Both the position numbers and the translations under genes were made by a program. Below, piece after piece: positions 12,930-26,000 of a stretch of DNA of 64,000 nucleotides. Where the stretch lies: the NCBI RefSeq assembly GCF_030028105.1, contig NC_092374.1:178460057-178524056 (forward strand). The letters are read 5' to 3'. The DNA comes from Mobula birostris (taxonomy: Eukaryota). Below the pieces are notes generated by a model. The model saw nothing but the letters and a program-made list of their open reading frames with translations, did not search any database and had not been told where the DNA came from. Within the stretch, counting starts at the first letter, position 1. Each line of letters starts with the position of its first letter.

Positions 12930-14500
12930 TTCAAAGTAATGTTATCATCAAAGTATGTATATGTTACCATATACAACCCTGAGATTGGTTGGACATACAC
13001 GGTGAATCCAAGAAACACGATAGAATCATCAAAGGTCTGCACTCAACAGGAGGGAAAAACAAAAAAACTGCAAAAAACTAACTAAATAAATAAATACGCA
13101 AGCAACAAATACAGTGTTGAGAACATAAGATGGAGGGACCTTGAAAGTGAGTTCATAGGTTGTGTGAACAGTTCAGTCATGGAGTGAGGGAAGATATCCC
13201 TTCCGGTTTAAAAGCCGAATAGTTGAGGGGTAGTGACTGTTTCTGAAGCTGGTGGTGAAAACCCTGAGGCTCCTGTACATTCTTGCTGATGGCAGCAGAG
13301 AGCAGAGAGCAAGGCCTGGGTGGTGGGCATCCTTGATGATGGATGCTGCTTTCCTGCAGCAGCTCACCATGTAGTTGTGCTCACTGGTACAGAGGGCTTT
13401 AACCGTGATGGACTAGGCTGCATCCACTATTTGTTTGTAGGATTTTCCATTCAAGGGCATTAGTGTTTCCATAATAGGCTGTAATGCAGCCAGTCAATGT
13501 ACCCTCCACCATCCAACTGCAAATGTTTATCAATGTTTTAGATTTTATGCCAAATCTTCACAAAATTAAGGAAGTAATGGCACTTACTGCAAGACCCAGG
13601 ACAGATCATCTGAAATAATAGCACCGAGGAATTTAAAGTCTCTCCACATCTTATCCCCCGATGAGGACTGGCTCACAGAGCTCTGGTTTCTTCCTCCTGA
13701 AGTCAATAATCAGCCCCTTGATCTTGCTGACATTGAGTAAGAAATTGTTGTTGTGGTGCCACTCTGCTAGATTTTCAATCTGCCTCCTACATGCTAATTC
13801 ATCACCGCCTTTGATTCAGCCAACAAACTTACATATGGCATTGGAGCTGTGCATAGCCGCACAGCCAGAAGTATAAAGCAAGTACAGCAGGGTGCCCTGC
13901 ACATAGCCTTGTGGTGTATCTGTGCTGATGGACATGTTGCTGGCAATCTGAACTGACTGGTGTTTACATGCCAGGAAATTGAGGATCCAATTGCACACGG
14001 AGATATTAAGGTCAAGGTCTTGAAGCTTATTGATTACTTTGGAGGGGGTGATACTATTAAATGCCTATAAAGAGTATTGTGATGTATGCACCTTTGCCGT
14101 CCTGATGTTCCAGCGTTGAGTGAAGAGCCAATGAAATGGCATCTGTAGTGGACCTGTTGTGAAGGTGTGCAAATTGGAATGGATCCAAGATGTTTCTCAG
14201 ACATGAGTTGATATGTTTCATCACTAACCTCTCAAAATACATCATCTCAGTGGATGTAGGTGCTACAGGATGATGGTCACTGGGGCAGGTTACCACATTC
14301 TTCTTTGGCACCAGTGAGGTTGAAGCCTGCTTGGAGCAGATCGGTACCTCAGACTGCTGAAGTGAGAGGTTAAAAGCTTTAAGTGAACACTCCAGCGACA
14401 TGATCACCAGGGGTCTTTAGTACTCGGCCAGGTGCCCCATCGGGGCTGGATGCTCTCTTGTGGGTCAACTTCCTGATGAATGCTCTCACAGCAGGTCTGT
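12930..14500 (-). mobile_element. Rex1/Babar-like LINE fragment
   Basis: Remnants LDPFQFAHLHNRSTTDAISLALHSTLEH and CCRKAASIIKDAHHPG; same family as 43330-46446. Confidence 0.8.
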
Positions 14501-16084
14501 GACCCTCTTCACGTTCACTTCTCAGGAATGGATTTCATTCATGATCCGTGTGGTATCTTTGTCGTGAAGCTGTGCAACATAGGAGGAACAATAGTATGGA
14601 ATGCAGCATCTTCTGTGCTGAGTCATCAATGTACAGACAGAGGGCGACACCCGGAGTGCTGCACTGCTGGGCTCAGTCCTAAGAATGCTGCACGCAGAGG
14701 CCAGTGTTGAGGGAGTGTTGCATTGTCAGCTGGCAATATTACCCTGTCAGGGGGGCAGGACTGAGGAAACACTGTACCATTTGAAAGAGTAATATGAAGC
14801 AAGTGCTCCACTGTAACAGGACATTCCAAGGAAGTGCTGTAACAGCAGAGGTGCGCGCTGAGACAGTTAAAGGGAGATACTGAGAGACTGCGCTACTGTA
14901 AAGATTGATTTTAAGGAAGCACTGAAAGAGAGATATTGAGGGAGAACTGTTCTGTTGAGAGACAGTGCAAGGGGAGCACTGTGCAACTGGAGAGGTTGTG
15001 CCAGTCTCCACTGTTGTAACTAAGGTTCTGATTCACTTTAAGAAGTGGATTGTCTGAAGAAGGACCATTGCTGATGGGCTGCTATAGTGTCGAAGGTGCA
15101 ATGCTTGGGCGCATGTTCCCCCTGGAGAGCGCATGTTTAGAGACTCAGTCTTGGGAAAATGTTGCAGTATCACATGTCTGCATTTTTAGAGGGGCTGTGC
15201 TGATCATGGAATATAATTTCATTATTGTGTTCATTTTTGGCCACTTCATATAGGAAGGATGTAGAAGCTTTAGATAGGGTGCAGTGGAGATTTACCAGGA
15301 TGCTGCCTGGATTAGTGAGTATGTCTTATGAAGATAGGTTCAGTGAGCTAGGGCTTTTCTCTTTGGAGCAAAGAAGGATGAGAGGTGACTTCACAGAGAT
15401 ATAAAGACGGTAAGAGGCATAAGAAAAATAAATTGAGTGGATAGCCAGAGTTTTCCCATGGTGGAAATGGCTAATATGAGCAGGAATAATTTGAAGATGA
15501 TTAGAAGAAACTATAGAGGGATGTCAGAAGTAAGTTTTTTTACAATGTAATTGGTGCAATTAAAATTTGATGTTTCTAGTCTGTGGAAGAAACTGACTAT
15601 CTCATCTCTATATGTCTCTCAGGATTAAATCTCCATCAGGTCTGCCCAAAACCTCTAATGCTCCAGAGAAAACAATATGAGTTTGCCCAACAATACAACA
15701 GGGAAAGTAACCATATTTATTCCATTGTATAATCCTCAAATTTTGTACTCTCTCATTCACCAAATTGCCACAGCATCCCAGAGTTTCTGCTCATATTATA
15801 AACTAAATGTTGGACCCTGCCAATCTCCAATGAAGAAAAGAATTACTCTTGGCTGTCCAGTGTTCAAAACAGGCATTCATACTTCAGGGTAACGATTTGA
15901 CATATGGCGTTTGTGGTGGAATTAGGACTGGAGAGGGACCTTACAAATGAGTGTCAAACATCAGTGCACTGCAAGACTGAAACTTGAAATCTTTCTCAGA
16001 TGTAAGAAAAAATTTAAAACATAGCTAAACAGGAGTTGGTCAAAGCAGCAGAAGATTCAGCCAGCAAGTTCCCACAGTGAATGT

Positions 16085-16735
16085 AACACTAAACCTATCT
16101 TCATAGAGGGATCAGAAGTGGAGAGAATGAGCAATTTCAAGTTCCTGGGTGTCAACATCTCTGAGGATGCAGCTATAAAGAAGCCAAGACAGCGGCTGTA
16201 TTTCATTGGGAGGTTGTGGTGATTTTGTAGGTCAACTAAAACACTCGAAAACTTCTACAAATGTACGATGGAGAACATTTTGACTGGCTGCACCACCATC
16301 TCTTATGAGGGACTACTGGATAAGTTTGAAATAAATTGCAGAAACTTGTAAAATTAGTCAGATCTATCAGGGGTACCAGCCTCCATAGTATCCAAAATAT
16401 CTTCAAGGAGCGATGCCTTAGGAAGGCTACATCCACCACCACCCAGGACATGCCCTCTTCACACTGGAGCCATCAGGAAGGAGGCACAGAAGCCTGAAGG
16501 CACAGCTTCTTCCCCTCTGCCAGCCGATTTATCAATGGACATTGAACCCATGAACACCACTTCCTACTTCTTTTATTTCTGTTATTTTGCACTACTTATT
16601 TTAACTTAACAGCCATATATATACTTTATATAACTCAGTTTTTTATTTATTGTAAATTTCATTGTACTGCTGCTGTAAAGTTAACAAATCTCACAATCAA
16701 TGCCAGTGATATTAAATCTGATTCTGATTCTAAGC
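16085..16735 (+). mobile_element. Rex1-like LINE 3' fragment inserted antisense into the last exon / 3' UTR of gene B
   Basis: Family 3' end with (CTGATT)n tail near 16718-16732; it interrupts sequence that is continuous (caagcttagtgtt) in the plus-strand paralog. Confidence 0.8.
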
Positions 16736-16933
16736 TTGCTGAGGTAAACCTGTTTGAAGCTGCACCCTGTGTTCAGAACTGTGCTTGAGTTAGAGCCAAA
16801 TGCTGATCTGCAAAGGAGAAAAGAGAGGAGATTGAATGTACAGTCTAATACTGTCACAGCAAGCAGGTTTAACAAAGGCATCTGTACGTTTACCCACCTC
16901 CAGTGACGCCTTGGTTCTCTCCTTGCTGCACCT

Positions 16934-17010
16934 CTACATCACTCCAAAGATTATCGCAAACACAGTCATCAGCCCCAACACAGGACCTGCACCATGGGGC
17001 TCACCAACTC
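16934..17010 (-). CDS. Gene B exon 5 coding part: GVGEPHGAGPVLGLMTVFAIIFGVM* (hydrophobic C-terminus, GPI-signal-like)
   Basis: Acceptor tggtgaacag| at 17011, phase 1, TAG at 16936-16934. The exon continues 36 nt to donor GAG|GTGGGT (16897), followed by a 90-nt intron to acceptor ctttgcag (16808). Homologous exon at 1265-1377 (+). Confidence 0.8.
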
Positions 17011-20000
17011 CTGTTCACCAAGTAAAGATCGGTAAATGTATAAATTATTTTATTATTGTCACCAGTTACCAGGTACAGTGGAAATACATGTTTTGCATTC
17101 CATCCATACAGAGCATTACATCAGGATATTAAGGTTGTACAAGGGAAAACAATAACAGGATGCAGAGTAATGTATTACTTTTATAGAGGATATGTGGTGC
17201 TAGCTGGCACTAGGATGCAAGACCATTAAAAGTTAGATTGTGAGGTCAGATGCCTATCTTACTATGTTTGGGTCCACTCAATTTTCTCACAGGAGAAAGA
17301 CAGAAGTGTTCATTGATCATAGCAGTACATTCTGTCAGGCTTTTGTATCTGTGCCTGATGGGAGCTGGGAGAAGCGGGGGTGGGTGAGGGGTGGGTGCCG
17401 GGGAGGGTAGTCCTGGGTGGGTAGTATCTTATATATTGGAGGATAGGAGAATGGAAGGTGTTTTGAGGAAGGAAGGATGTCATTAGGATGGAAAGGATGC
17501 AGAGGAGATTCACAAGGATGGTGCCAGGAATGGAATGCTTGAGAAATAAGGAGAGACAAGATAGGCTGGATTTTTTTCCCTGGAGTGTAGGGGGCTGAGC
17601 TATAGAGAGAAGTATATAAAATTTTGAGGGGCATAGAGAGAGTGCACAATAATTTTTCAGGGCTCCTGATGGTATAGGTTTAAGTTAAGAGAGAAAAGAT
17701 ATAACAGGAACCTGAGTGGCAACATGATGGTCAATTTATGGGTGCCAGAAAAAGTGGTTGAGGCAGACAAGTTAGCATCTTTTAAAAGGTACATCCACCA
17801 GTACATGGGTCTAAAGGGTTTAGGGAGATATGGGCCAGGATAAATGGGACTTCTTTGAATGGAAATCTTGATTGACAAAGGCGTGTTGGACTGAAGGGTC
17901 TATTTCTCTGCTGCAGAATTCTACGAATCTATGACACTCAAACACCCGACAGCCAGGCAGTGACCACTTGACAGTCAGGTCTTCCCCACAGTCCCAATTG
18001 CTTCTTAGTTGTTCTTTCTGTTGAGTTCTTACTATATTTCTTTGACCAACTGCTCAACTGCTTCTGTAACATCTGGTGAGCAGAAGGAACAGATTTAATT
18101 CGAGTGATAAAAGAGCACAGTATATAATAACTTCCAAAATGGAAATGGGATATGTTCTTGGAATTAAGAAATTTTCAGAGGTGTGTGAGAAGGAGTGGGG
18201 CTACTTGAGCAAGTCATTCAAAGTAGAGGACAAGGTGGTGAAGATAGCCTACAGGATGCTGGATTTCATTGATCAGGGCATAGAATTCAAGAGAAGGGAA
18301 CTTATGGTGCAGCTTTATGGTGGAGATTCTTGATTAGGTCTTTCAAAGAGGTAAATAGGGTGGTGAAGGAAGTGTATGAGATACCAATTATCAGTGCATA
18401 GAATACAAGGGCATGGGAATTATGGTACAGCTTTATAAAACATCGGTGAGGCTACATTCTGAGTATTGTTTACAGTTCTGGTCACCAGAGCAGAGGAGAG
18501 ATGTGATTGCATTGGACAGAGTGCAGAGGAGATTCACCGGAATGTGGCTCAGATGGAATGGGAAGAGAGAATAGATACACTGGTTTTGTTTTCTTTAGAT
18601 GGGAGGAGACTGCTGGTGGACCTGATGGAGTTATGCAGAATTATTAGGGGTGTAGATAGAAAATACATAGAAAATGTTGGAAGAATTTTTTAAAATATAT
18701 GTTATTTCTGTTTTTGCACTATTTTAAAATCTGTTCAATATACATATATATAATTACTGTAGTTGATTTACTTACTTGTTTTATATTTTTTCTATATTAT
18801 CATGCATTGCATTGTTCTGCTGCTGCTAAGTTAACAATTCTCACAACAGATGCCAGCAACAATAAACCTGATTCTGATTCTGAAGAATGCTACAGGTTTT
18901 ACTTGCTGCAGTTTATGCTTCCACTTCATGTGTTTGCTTGAACAGTAGTAAACCCTTCCCCATAGTAAAGGTGCCTATAACTCGAGGTAGGTTTAAGATA
19001 ATGACTAAGAGGTTTATAGGGAATCTACAGAAGCATACTTTCACCAAGGGGGTGTTGGAGTTGGGAATGGACTGCCTGAGGAGATAGTGGAGGCAGAAAC
19101 CGTCATAATTTTCAAGACGTATCTAGATGAGCAGTTGAATCATCAAGTTAAAGAAGGGGACGGGCCAAGTGTTTATGAGAACTAGAGGGTTTGCATGAAT
19201 CGGATTTGCATGAATTAGGTAGACTGAAGAGCCTCCTTCTCTGCTGCATGAGTCCATGAACCACCACAGGCAGAATGAAGCAAATTCTGTACCGTACAAT
19301 GACCTACCTCCCTTCACCATCAGGGCCTTTGGCAGGCTGCTGTGCTCGACATGACAAGTATAGATGTTCGGGTCATTGCCCTGCAGCTCAGTGACTAGTT
19401 CCATCCAGTATGTATCATTGTAGTTTGGTAGCACAGTCATGTTGTAGCCCTCAGAGACAACCTGCCCATTCTTCAGCCAAGTGGCATTGATAGCTCGGGG
19501 GTAGAAGGGAGTGATGATGCACGAGAGACTCTCGCCTTCAATAGCTGTTGGCCTCCTTGTCAACACCTGAACCTCTGGAGCAACTGGGGAAGGATCAAAA
19601 ATTATGTCACCACCTCAACACAGGCTGATGTTACCTTACTGTTACAGACTGAAGTTACAGTGTTCAATGTTGGGATTACTCTCACATCCTTCACTGCCTC
19701 AGAATGTGATCTGCCTCACTATTACACTCACCATCTAATCTGAAATCAGCCTCCCCAGCCCAAGCTCATGCAGACTACAGACAGAGATTACGTTCATTCA
19801 TCGGGCAGGTCCAGATCAAGGTCACAAGCACTATTCCCAATCCAGCTGTCGTGCAATATCCCAAATTCAGATCATCCTCAAACTGCAAGATGGAGAATGC
19901 CCTCAGCACAGCAGCGGTGATCAGAAGGTCCCTCACTGCCCCAGACCGGGAGATCAGTCAATGTCTCCATTTGGGAGCGCCCTCACTCAAAGATTCAAAG

Positions 20001-23000
20001 TAGATTAATTTCCAAAGTGTTTATACAGAATACAACTCTGAGGTTTATCCTCCGATGCAGCAAAGGAACAAAGAGGTACCAAGGAACCCGTTCAAAGAAA
20101 ACATCAAACACCCAACATGCAGAGAGAGAACAGATTGCACAAACAGCAAAAAGTGAGCTAGCAACACAGAGGATATCAAACATCCAAGCAGGGGTACTTT
20201 TGTTCTTAATTGTCCATTCCTCATCTGTTAGGGCATCGTAGTGTAGTGAGAATGACTCCAGAGGCAGTGTCTCATACTGTGTGTGAGATGTGAGTATTCT
20301 GGGAGACATGCAGTCTCTCGGATAAACACATCTGCACCAGGTGCGTCAAGCTGCTGCTCCTCAGAGAATGTGTTAAGGAACTGGAGCTGCAGCTCACTGA
20401 CCTTAGCTTCATATGGGAGAAAGAGGAAGTGATAGATAGGAGCTACAGGGAGGTAGTCACCCTTGGTTGCAGGAGATTGGTAGACAAGTGACTGACCGGA
20501 GAAGGAGGGGAAATGCACAGCCAGTGCAGAGTACACCTGTGGTCATACCCCTCAATATAAATGTACCACTTTAGATACTGTTGAAGGGGAAAACCTACCG
20601 GGGGTAACCACAGTGACCTCCTCTCTGGCACTGAATCTGATGCTGTGGCTCAGAAGAGCAGAGAGGTGAAGAAGACTTCAGTGTTGATCGGAAATTCCAT
20701 AGGCAGAAGAACAGAGACAAGATTCTGTGGGCACGATGGAGACACCCAGGTGGTATGTTGCCTCCCAGTTGCCTGGATCACGGATGTCTCAGATCAGGTC
20801 CATTGCATTTTCAGGAGGGAGGGTGAGCAGCCAGAAATCTCGGTGCATCTCGGCACCAATGAGAGGGGTCGATAAGTTGAGGAGGTCCTGAAGAGAGATT
20901 TGAGGGAGCTGTGTAGAAAGCTGTAAAACGACCTCCAGGGTAGTAATCACTGGATTTCTGTCTGTGCCAAGTGCCATTGAGGGTAAGAATAGTATGATTT
21001 GGCGCTGTATGTGTGGCCAAGGAATTAGTGGAGAGGGCAGGGGTTCTCTTCTGGAATAAGGTCGATGAACTTGTAGCACAGTTACAGACTGGCATGTATG
21101 ATTTTGTGTGGTAATACCATTCAAGGATACACATCGTGTCAAAAGGGTAGACAAATGCGGAGGCATTGCTCTGTTGGTAAAAAATGAAATCAAATCATTA
21201 GAAAGGTGATGTAGGGTCAGAAGATATTGAATCATTGTGGGTAGAGCTAAGGAACTTCAAGGGTAAAAAGACCCTGATGAGAGTTATATACAGACCCCTA
21301 AACTGTAGTAAGGATGTGGTCTACAAATTACAATGGGAGATAGAAAATGCATGCCAAATGGGTAATGTTACAATAGTTGTGGGGAATTTCAATGTGCAAG
21401 TAGATTGGGAAAATCAGTTTTGTGCTGGATCCCAAGAAGTGGAATTTCTAGAATGCTTGCGGGATGGCTTTTTAAAGTGGCTCATGGTTGAGTCCACTGG
21501 GGTATCAGCTATTCTGGATTGAGTGTTGTGCAATGAACCAGAATTGTTTGGAGAGCTTAAGGTAAAGGTACTCTTAGGAGTAAGTGATCATAATATAATA
21601 GAATTCACTGTCCAATTTGAGAAGGAGAGCTAAAGTCAGATGTATCAGGATTACAGTGGAGTAAAGATAATTACAGAGGCATGAGAGAGGAGCTGGTCAA
21701 AATTGATTTGAAAATAACACTGAAAGGGATGGTGGCAGAGCATAAATGGATGGAGTTTCTGGAAGCAATTCAGAAGGCGCAGGGTATGTACAAACAATAG
21801 AGGAAGATGTATTCTAAAGGCGAGATGACACAAGGTAGGTGGCCAATGAGAAGTCAAAGCAAACATAAAAGCCAAAGAGATGGCATATAATAGAGCAAAA
21901 ATTAGTGGGAAGTTAGAGAATTGGGAAACTTTTAAAACCCAGCAGAAGGCAACTGAGAAAATCATTAAGAAGGATCAGATGGAATATAAGAGTAAGCTAG
22001 CCAATAATAAAGAGGATGCAAAAAGTTTATACGGATAGAGAAGGTGTAAAAGAGAGGTGAGATTGGATTTTGGACTGCTGTAAAATGATGCTGGAGAGGT
22101 AGTAATGGGGACAACAAAATAGTGGATGAAATGAGGAAGACAGTAGCAGTATGCTGGAAGCTTGAGAGTGTCAGGGGAGCAGGTGTGTGTGTTAAGTTGC
22201 CATTACTAGACAGATATTTCTTGGGAAAAGGAAAGGTATTTAGGTCACCTGGACAGATGGTGTACCTGCTAGGATTCTGCAAGAAGTGGCTGAAAAGATT
22301 ATGGAGGCATTAGTAATGATCTTCCAAGAATCTTTAGATTCTGGAATGGTTCTGGAATGTTTGAAAATTGCGAATATCTCTCCACTCTTCAAGCAGGGAG
22401 AGACACAGAAGCAAGGAAATTATAGGCCAGTTCGTCTGTCCTCAGTTGTTTGGAGTTGATTGTTCAACATGGGATTTTGGGGTACTTGGAGGCACATGAT
22501 AAAATAGGACATAGTCAGCACGTTGGAATTCTTTGAAAAAAATAACAAGCCGGATAGACAAAGGAGAATCAGTGGATGTTGTGTACTTAAAGTTGTGACA
22601 TAGGTAGAACAAGGAAAGAGGTACTACTGAGGGAATTTGAGCAACTAGGGACTAAATTAAAAAGCAGAACAAAAAAGGTGGTAATCTCTGGATTACTACT
22701 GAGCCACGAGCAAATTGGCATGGGGTTTAGAAGATTAGAGTGTTATATGCAGGGCTGAAGGATCGGTGTGGGAGAAGTAGGTTTGATTTCATAGGAAATT
22801 GGCACCAGTATTGGGGAAGGAGGGAGCTGTACCAATGGGACAGGCTCCAGCTGAACTGTGAAGGGACCTGGCTGCTCGTGAATCGCATAACCAGGGCTGT
22901 GCGTAGGGCTTTAAACTAAATTGTAGGGGATGGGTTTAGTAGGGGGAATGGGTTCAACAGATCAGAAATGTATAGATAAAGTAAAAGAGAAAACTGTGGC

Positions 23001-26000
23001 TAAACATAATGACAAATCAAAAGATAAAAAAGAGAAAAGTAAGGGTGGAGTAAAGAAAAGACAAGTGCAAAAGAGAAAAAGATTACAAGATTTTAAAAGC
23101 ACAATGAGTGAAATGGCACTTTATCTGAATGCCCGTAGTATTCAAAATAAGGTCAGTGAACTTTCGGCACTAATCACTACAAAGGGGTATGATTTCATGG
23201 GCATTACAGAATTGTGGTTGCAGGGTGGAGAGGATCGGGAAGTGAATATCCAAGGATATCAGGTAATATGGAAGGATAGACAGGAATGTAAGGGAGGTGG
23301 GTTAGCGGTCTTAGTTAAGGATGAGATCAGGGTGATTGTGAAAGACGATGTAAGATCTAATGAGCAGAATTTTGAATCCATCTGGGTAGAGATTAGGAAT
23401 AGAAAAGGGAAAAAAATCACTGGTGGAAGTTGTCTATCGACCACTGAATTATAACATTATGGTGGCACAGGCAATAAACAGACAAATATCTGTGGCATGT
23501 GAGAATGGAACAGCGGTTATCGTGGGGGACTTTAACTTGGGTATAGATTGGGTGAATCAAGTTGGTGAAGGCAGTCTTAAGGAGGATGTGATAGAATGCA
23601 TCCATGATGGCTTTCTTGAACAACATGTCACTAAACCTACAAATCTTAGATCCGGTCCTGTGCAATGATCAGGTAAAATTAGTGATCTTGTAGTTAGGGA
23701 TCCTCTTGGAAAGAGTGATCACAGTGTGATTGAGTTTCTCGTACAAATGGAGGGTGCAATAGTTCGATAGAAAACTAGTGTATTACTGTATGCCTAAACA
23801 GTGTAGACTACAATGGGATAAGGGAGGATTTGGCTTGTGTAGACTGGGAACACAGGCTATATGGTGGGACGGTTGAGGAACAGTGGAAGACTTTAAAAGA
23901 GATTTTTCACGGTGTTCAACAGAAGTATCTTCTAGTTAAAAGTGGGGAGCAAGTAAGTTAGCAAGGGTGGGAAATGAAAGAAAGCATCAAACTAAAAGCT
24001 CGTTTGTACAAATTTGCCAAGAGCAGTGGGAAAATGCAAGATTGAGAAAACTTTAAAAAGCAACATAGAACCACTAAGTGAGCAGTGAAGGAAGGGAAGA
24101 TAGACTATGAAAATAAACTAGCACAAAATATAAAAGCAGATCATAAAAGTTGTTATAATTATATAAAGCAGAAAAGGGTGGCTTAAGTGAACATTGGTCC
24201 CTTGGAAGACGAGAAGGGGAATTAATATTGGGGAATGAGGAAATGGCAGAGGCTTTAGATCTACGTTGTGTCGGTCTTCACAGTGGAGGTGGCGGGCACG
24301 TCTAACATGCCAAAGACAGATGTTATGGATGCAATGGGAGGCAAGAACCTGATACAATAGCTATCACTAAAGAGGTAGTGCTGAGCAAACGTGTGGGCCG
24401 GAAGATAGCTAAGTCCCAGGGTACTGAAAGAAATGGCAGAAGTTATAGTGAAGGCTTTGGTGATAATTTACCAAAATAGAACAATAGAGTTGGGGCTAAT
24501 GTATTAGCATGGATAGAGGATTGGTTGACTAATAGAAAGAAGAGAGTTGGGATGCCTGGGTGTTTCTCTGGTTGGCAGTCAGTGGTGAGTGGTGTGCCAT
24601 TGGAGTCTGTGCTGGGCCTGCAACTGTTTACGATATACATTAACGATCTGGAAGAAGGGGGCTGAGTGTAGAGTATCTAAGTTTGTGTAAGGTATGGAAG
24701 CATCTGGAATCTTGTCAATAAGGTCTATGCAGGAACTCTTGACTCCTGAGAACTGCTGAATTGCATGTATTTTAAGGTGTAAAAGACCATGCTTGTGCTC
24801 ACTTTAGCAGAGTCTTTTAGTGGGCTCTCCATGGTCATGTAAGTAAGTAATTAAACTGAATACTGGGGTCTGTGTCCTTGTTTAATCAGCAATAGTAAAT
24901 TTCTGTGACACTCAGAGTAGAGGGGCATCCTTTTAAAAAGGAGATCAGGAAATATTTCTTGAGCCAGAGAGCAGTACATCTGTGGAATTTGTTGTTACAG
25001 CCAACTTGGCAGCTGTGGAGGCCACATCTTTACTATATTTAAAGCAGAGATTGATAGATTCTTTATAGTCACGACATGAAGGGATACAGGGAGAAGGCAG
25101 GACATTGGAGCTGTAAGGGATAATGGACCAGCATGATGAAATGGTGGAGCAGACTCGATGGGCCAAATGGCCCCATTCTGCTTCTGTATCTTATGGTTTT
25201 ATCAAGTCTAGATGTACTCAGTTTAGTTCAGTGCCTTGCCACTAGCCAAATGCAGGCCGCAGATTGTCTTCGCTGAAACGCCCAGTGCGCACTGATGCAC
25301 CCTGATCAAACCACTTAGAAACAGCAAAAAAAGGGTAACCAGAATCCAGAAATACATGAACCCTAAAGTCCCCCAGAAAGAGTCACAATCACGAGCCTCA
25401 CCGATCAATCCCTGCAATGTGGAACCCAAGCCTCCTGCACTTTCCTCCAACAGCAGCTAGTAAAAGGGAGAGGAATACCAGCCAAACGCGGCAGATGGCG
25501 CCAAATACCAGCCTGGCCTCCGCACTTGGCCTCGTCCACTTCAGCCTTGCTCAATACCCCAGCCAGAGAGAAGCAATGGAGCCAATCATGGGCTCACAGT
25601 CCACCTCCAGGTCTGCAGGCCGTACACTCCAATCAACTCACTGTTTCAAATTAGGAGATCCCTCATTACTACAGATTGGGAAACCCTAACCATTTTGTTT
25701 TGTGAGCTCCCTCTCTTTCCCGTATGAGGAGATCCCTCTGCATCTCTGATTGGAAGCTTCCTTACTGTCCAGATCAGGAGATTCCTCTCTGTCCCAGATT
25801 GGGAACACCATCAATTTGTTAGATCATCAAATCCTTCAGTATCCTGAATCATAACAGCCCACACCATCTCGGTCTCAGAGCCCCATAATCGTCTCAGACT
25901 GAGGTATCCTTTATGTTGCTGAATTGGGAGTTCCCTCTCCATCACAGGATGTTCCACTTGCCTTGCCTTTCCAATGCTTCTCTTCCAAGCTGAACAACCC

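Larger units (their letters stand above)
15560..18290 (-). repeat. Copy 2 of the inverted segmental duplication (partner 1-2210)
   Basis: Shared blocks include gctgaatcttctgc, ttttttcttacatct, gagattggNagggtccaacattt and atctttacttggtga. Carries an extra LINE (~16085-16735) absent from copy 1. Confidence 0.85.

Noticed and set aside
14620-15000. DeuSINE-like or satellite-like gagtgctgcact repeats
   Set aside because: Similarity too degenerate to classify or bound by eye.
16898-16936. Programmed readthrough or recoding of the TAG to give a TM protein with a tail
   Set aside because: The context (TAG AGG) is not a known readthrough motif, the hydrophobic stretch is short for a TM helix, and the next exon's frame is not conserved between paralogs (ISIWL* vs VGVWPKSQAQL*).
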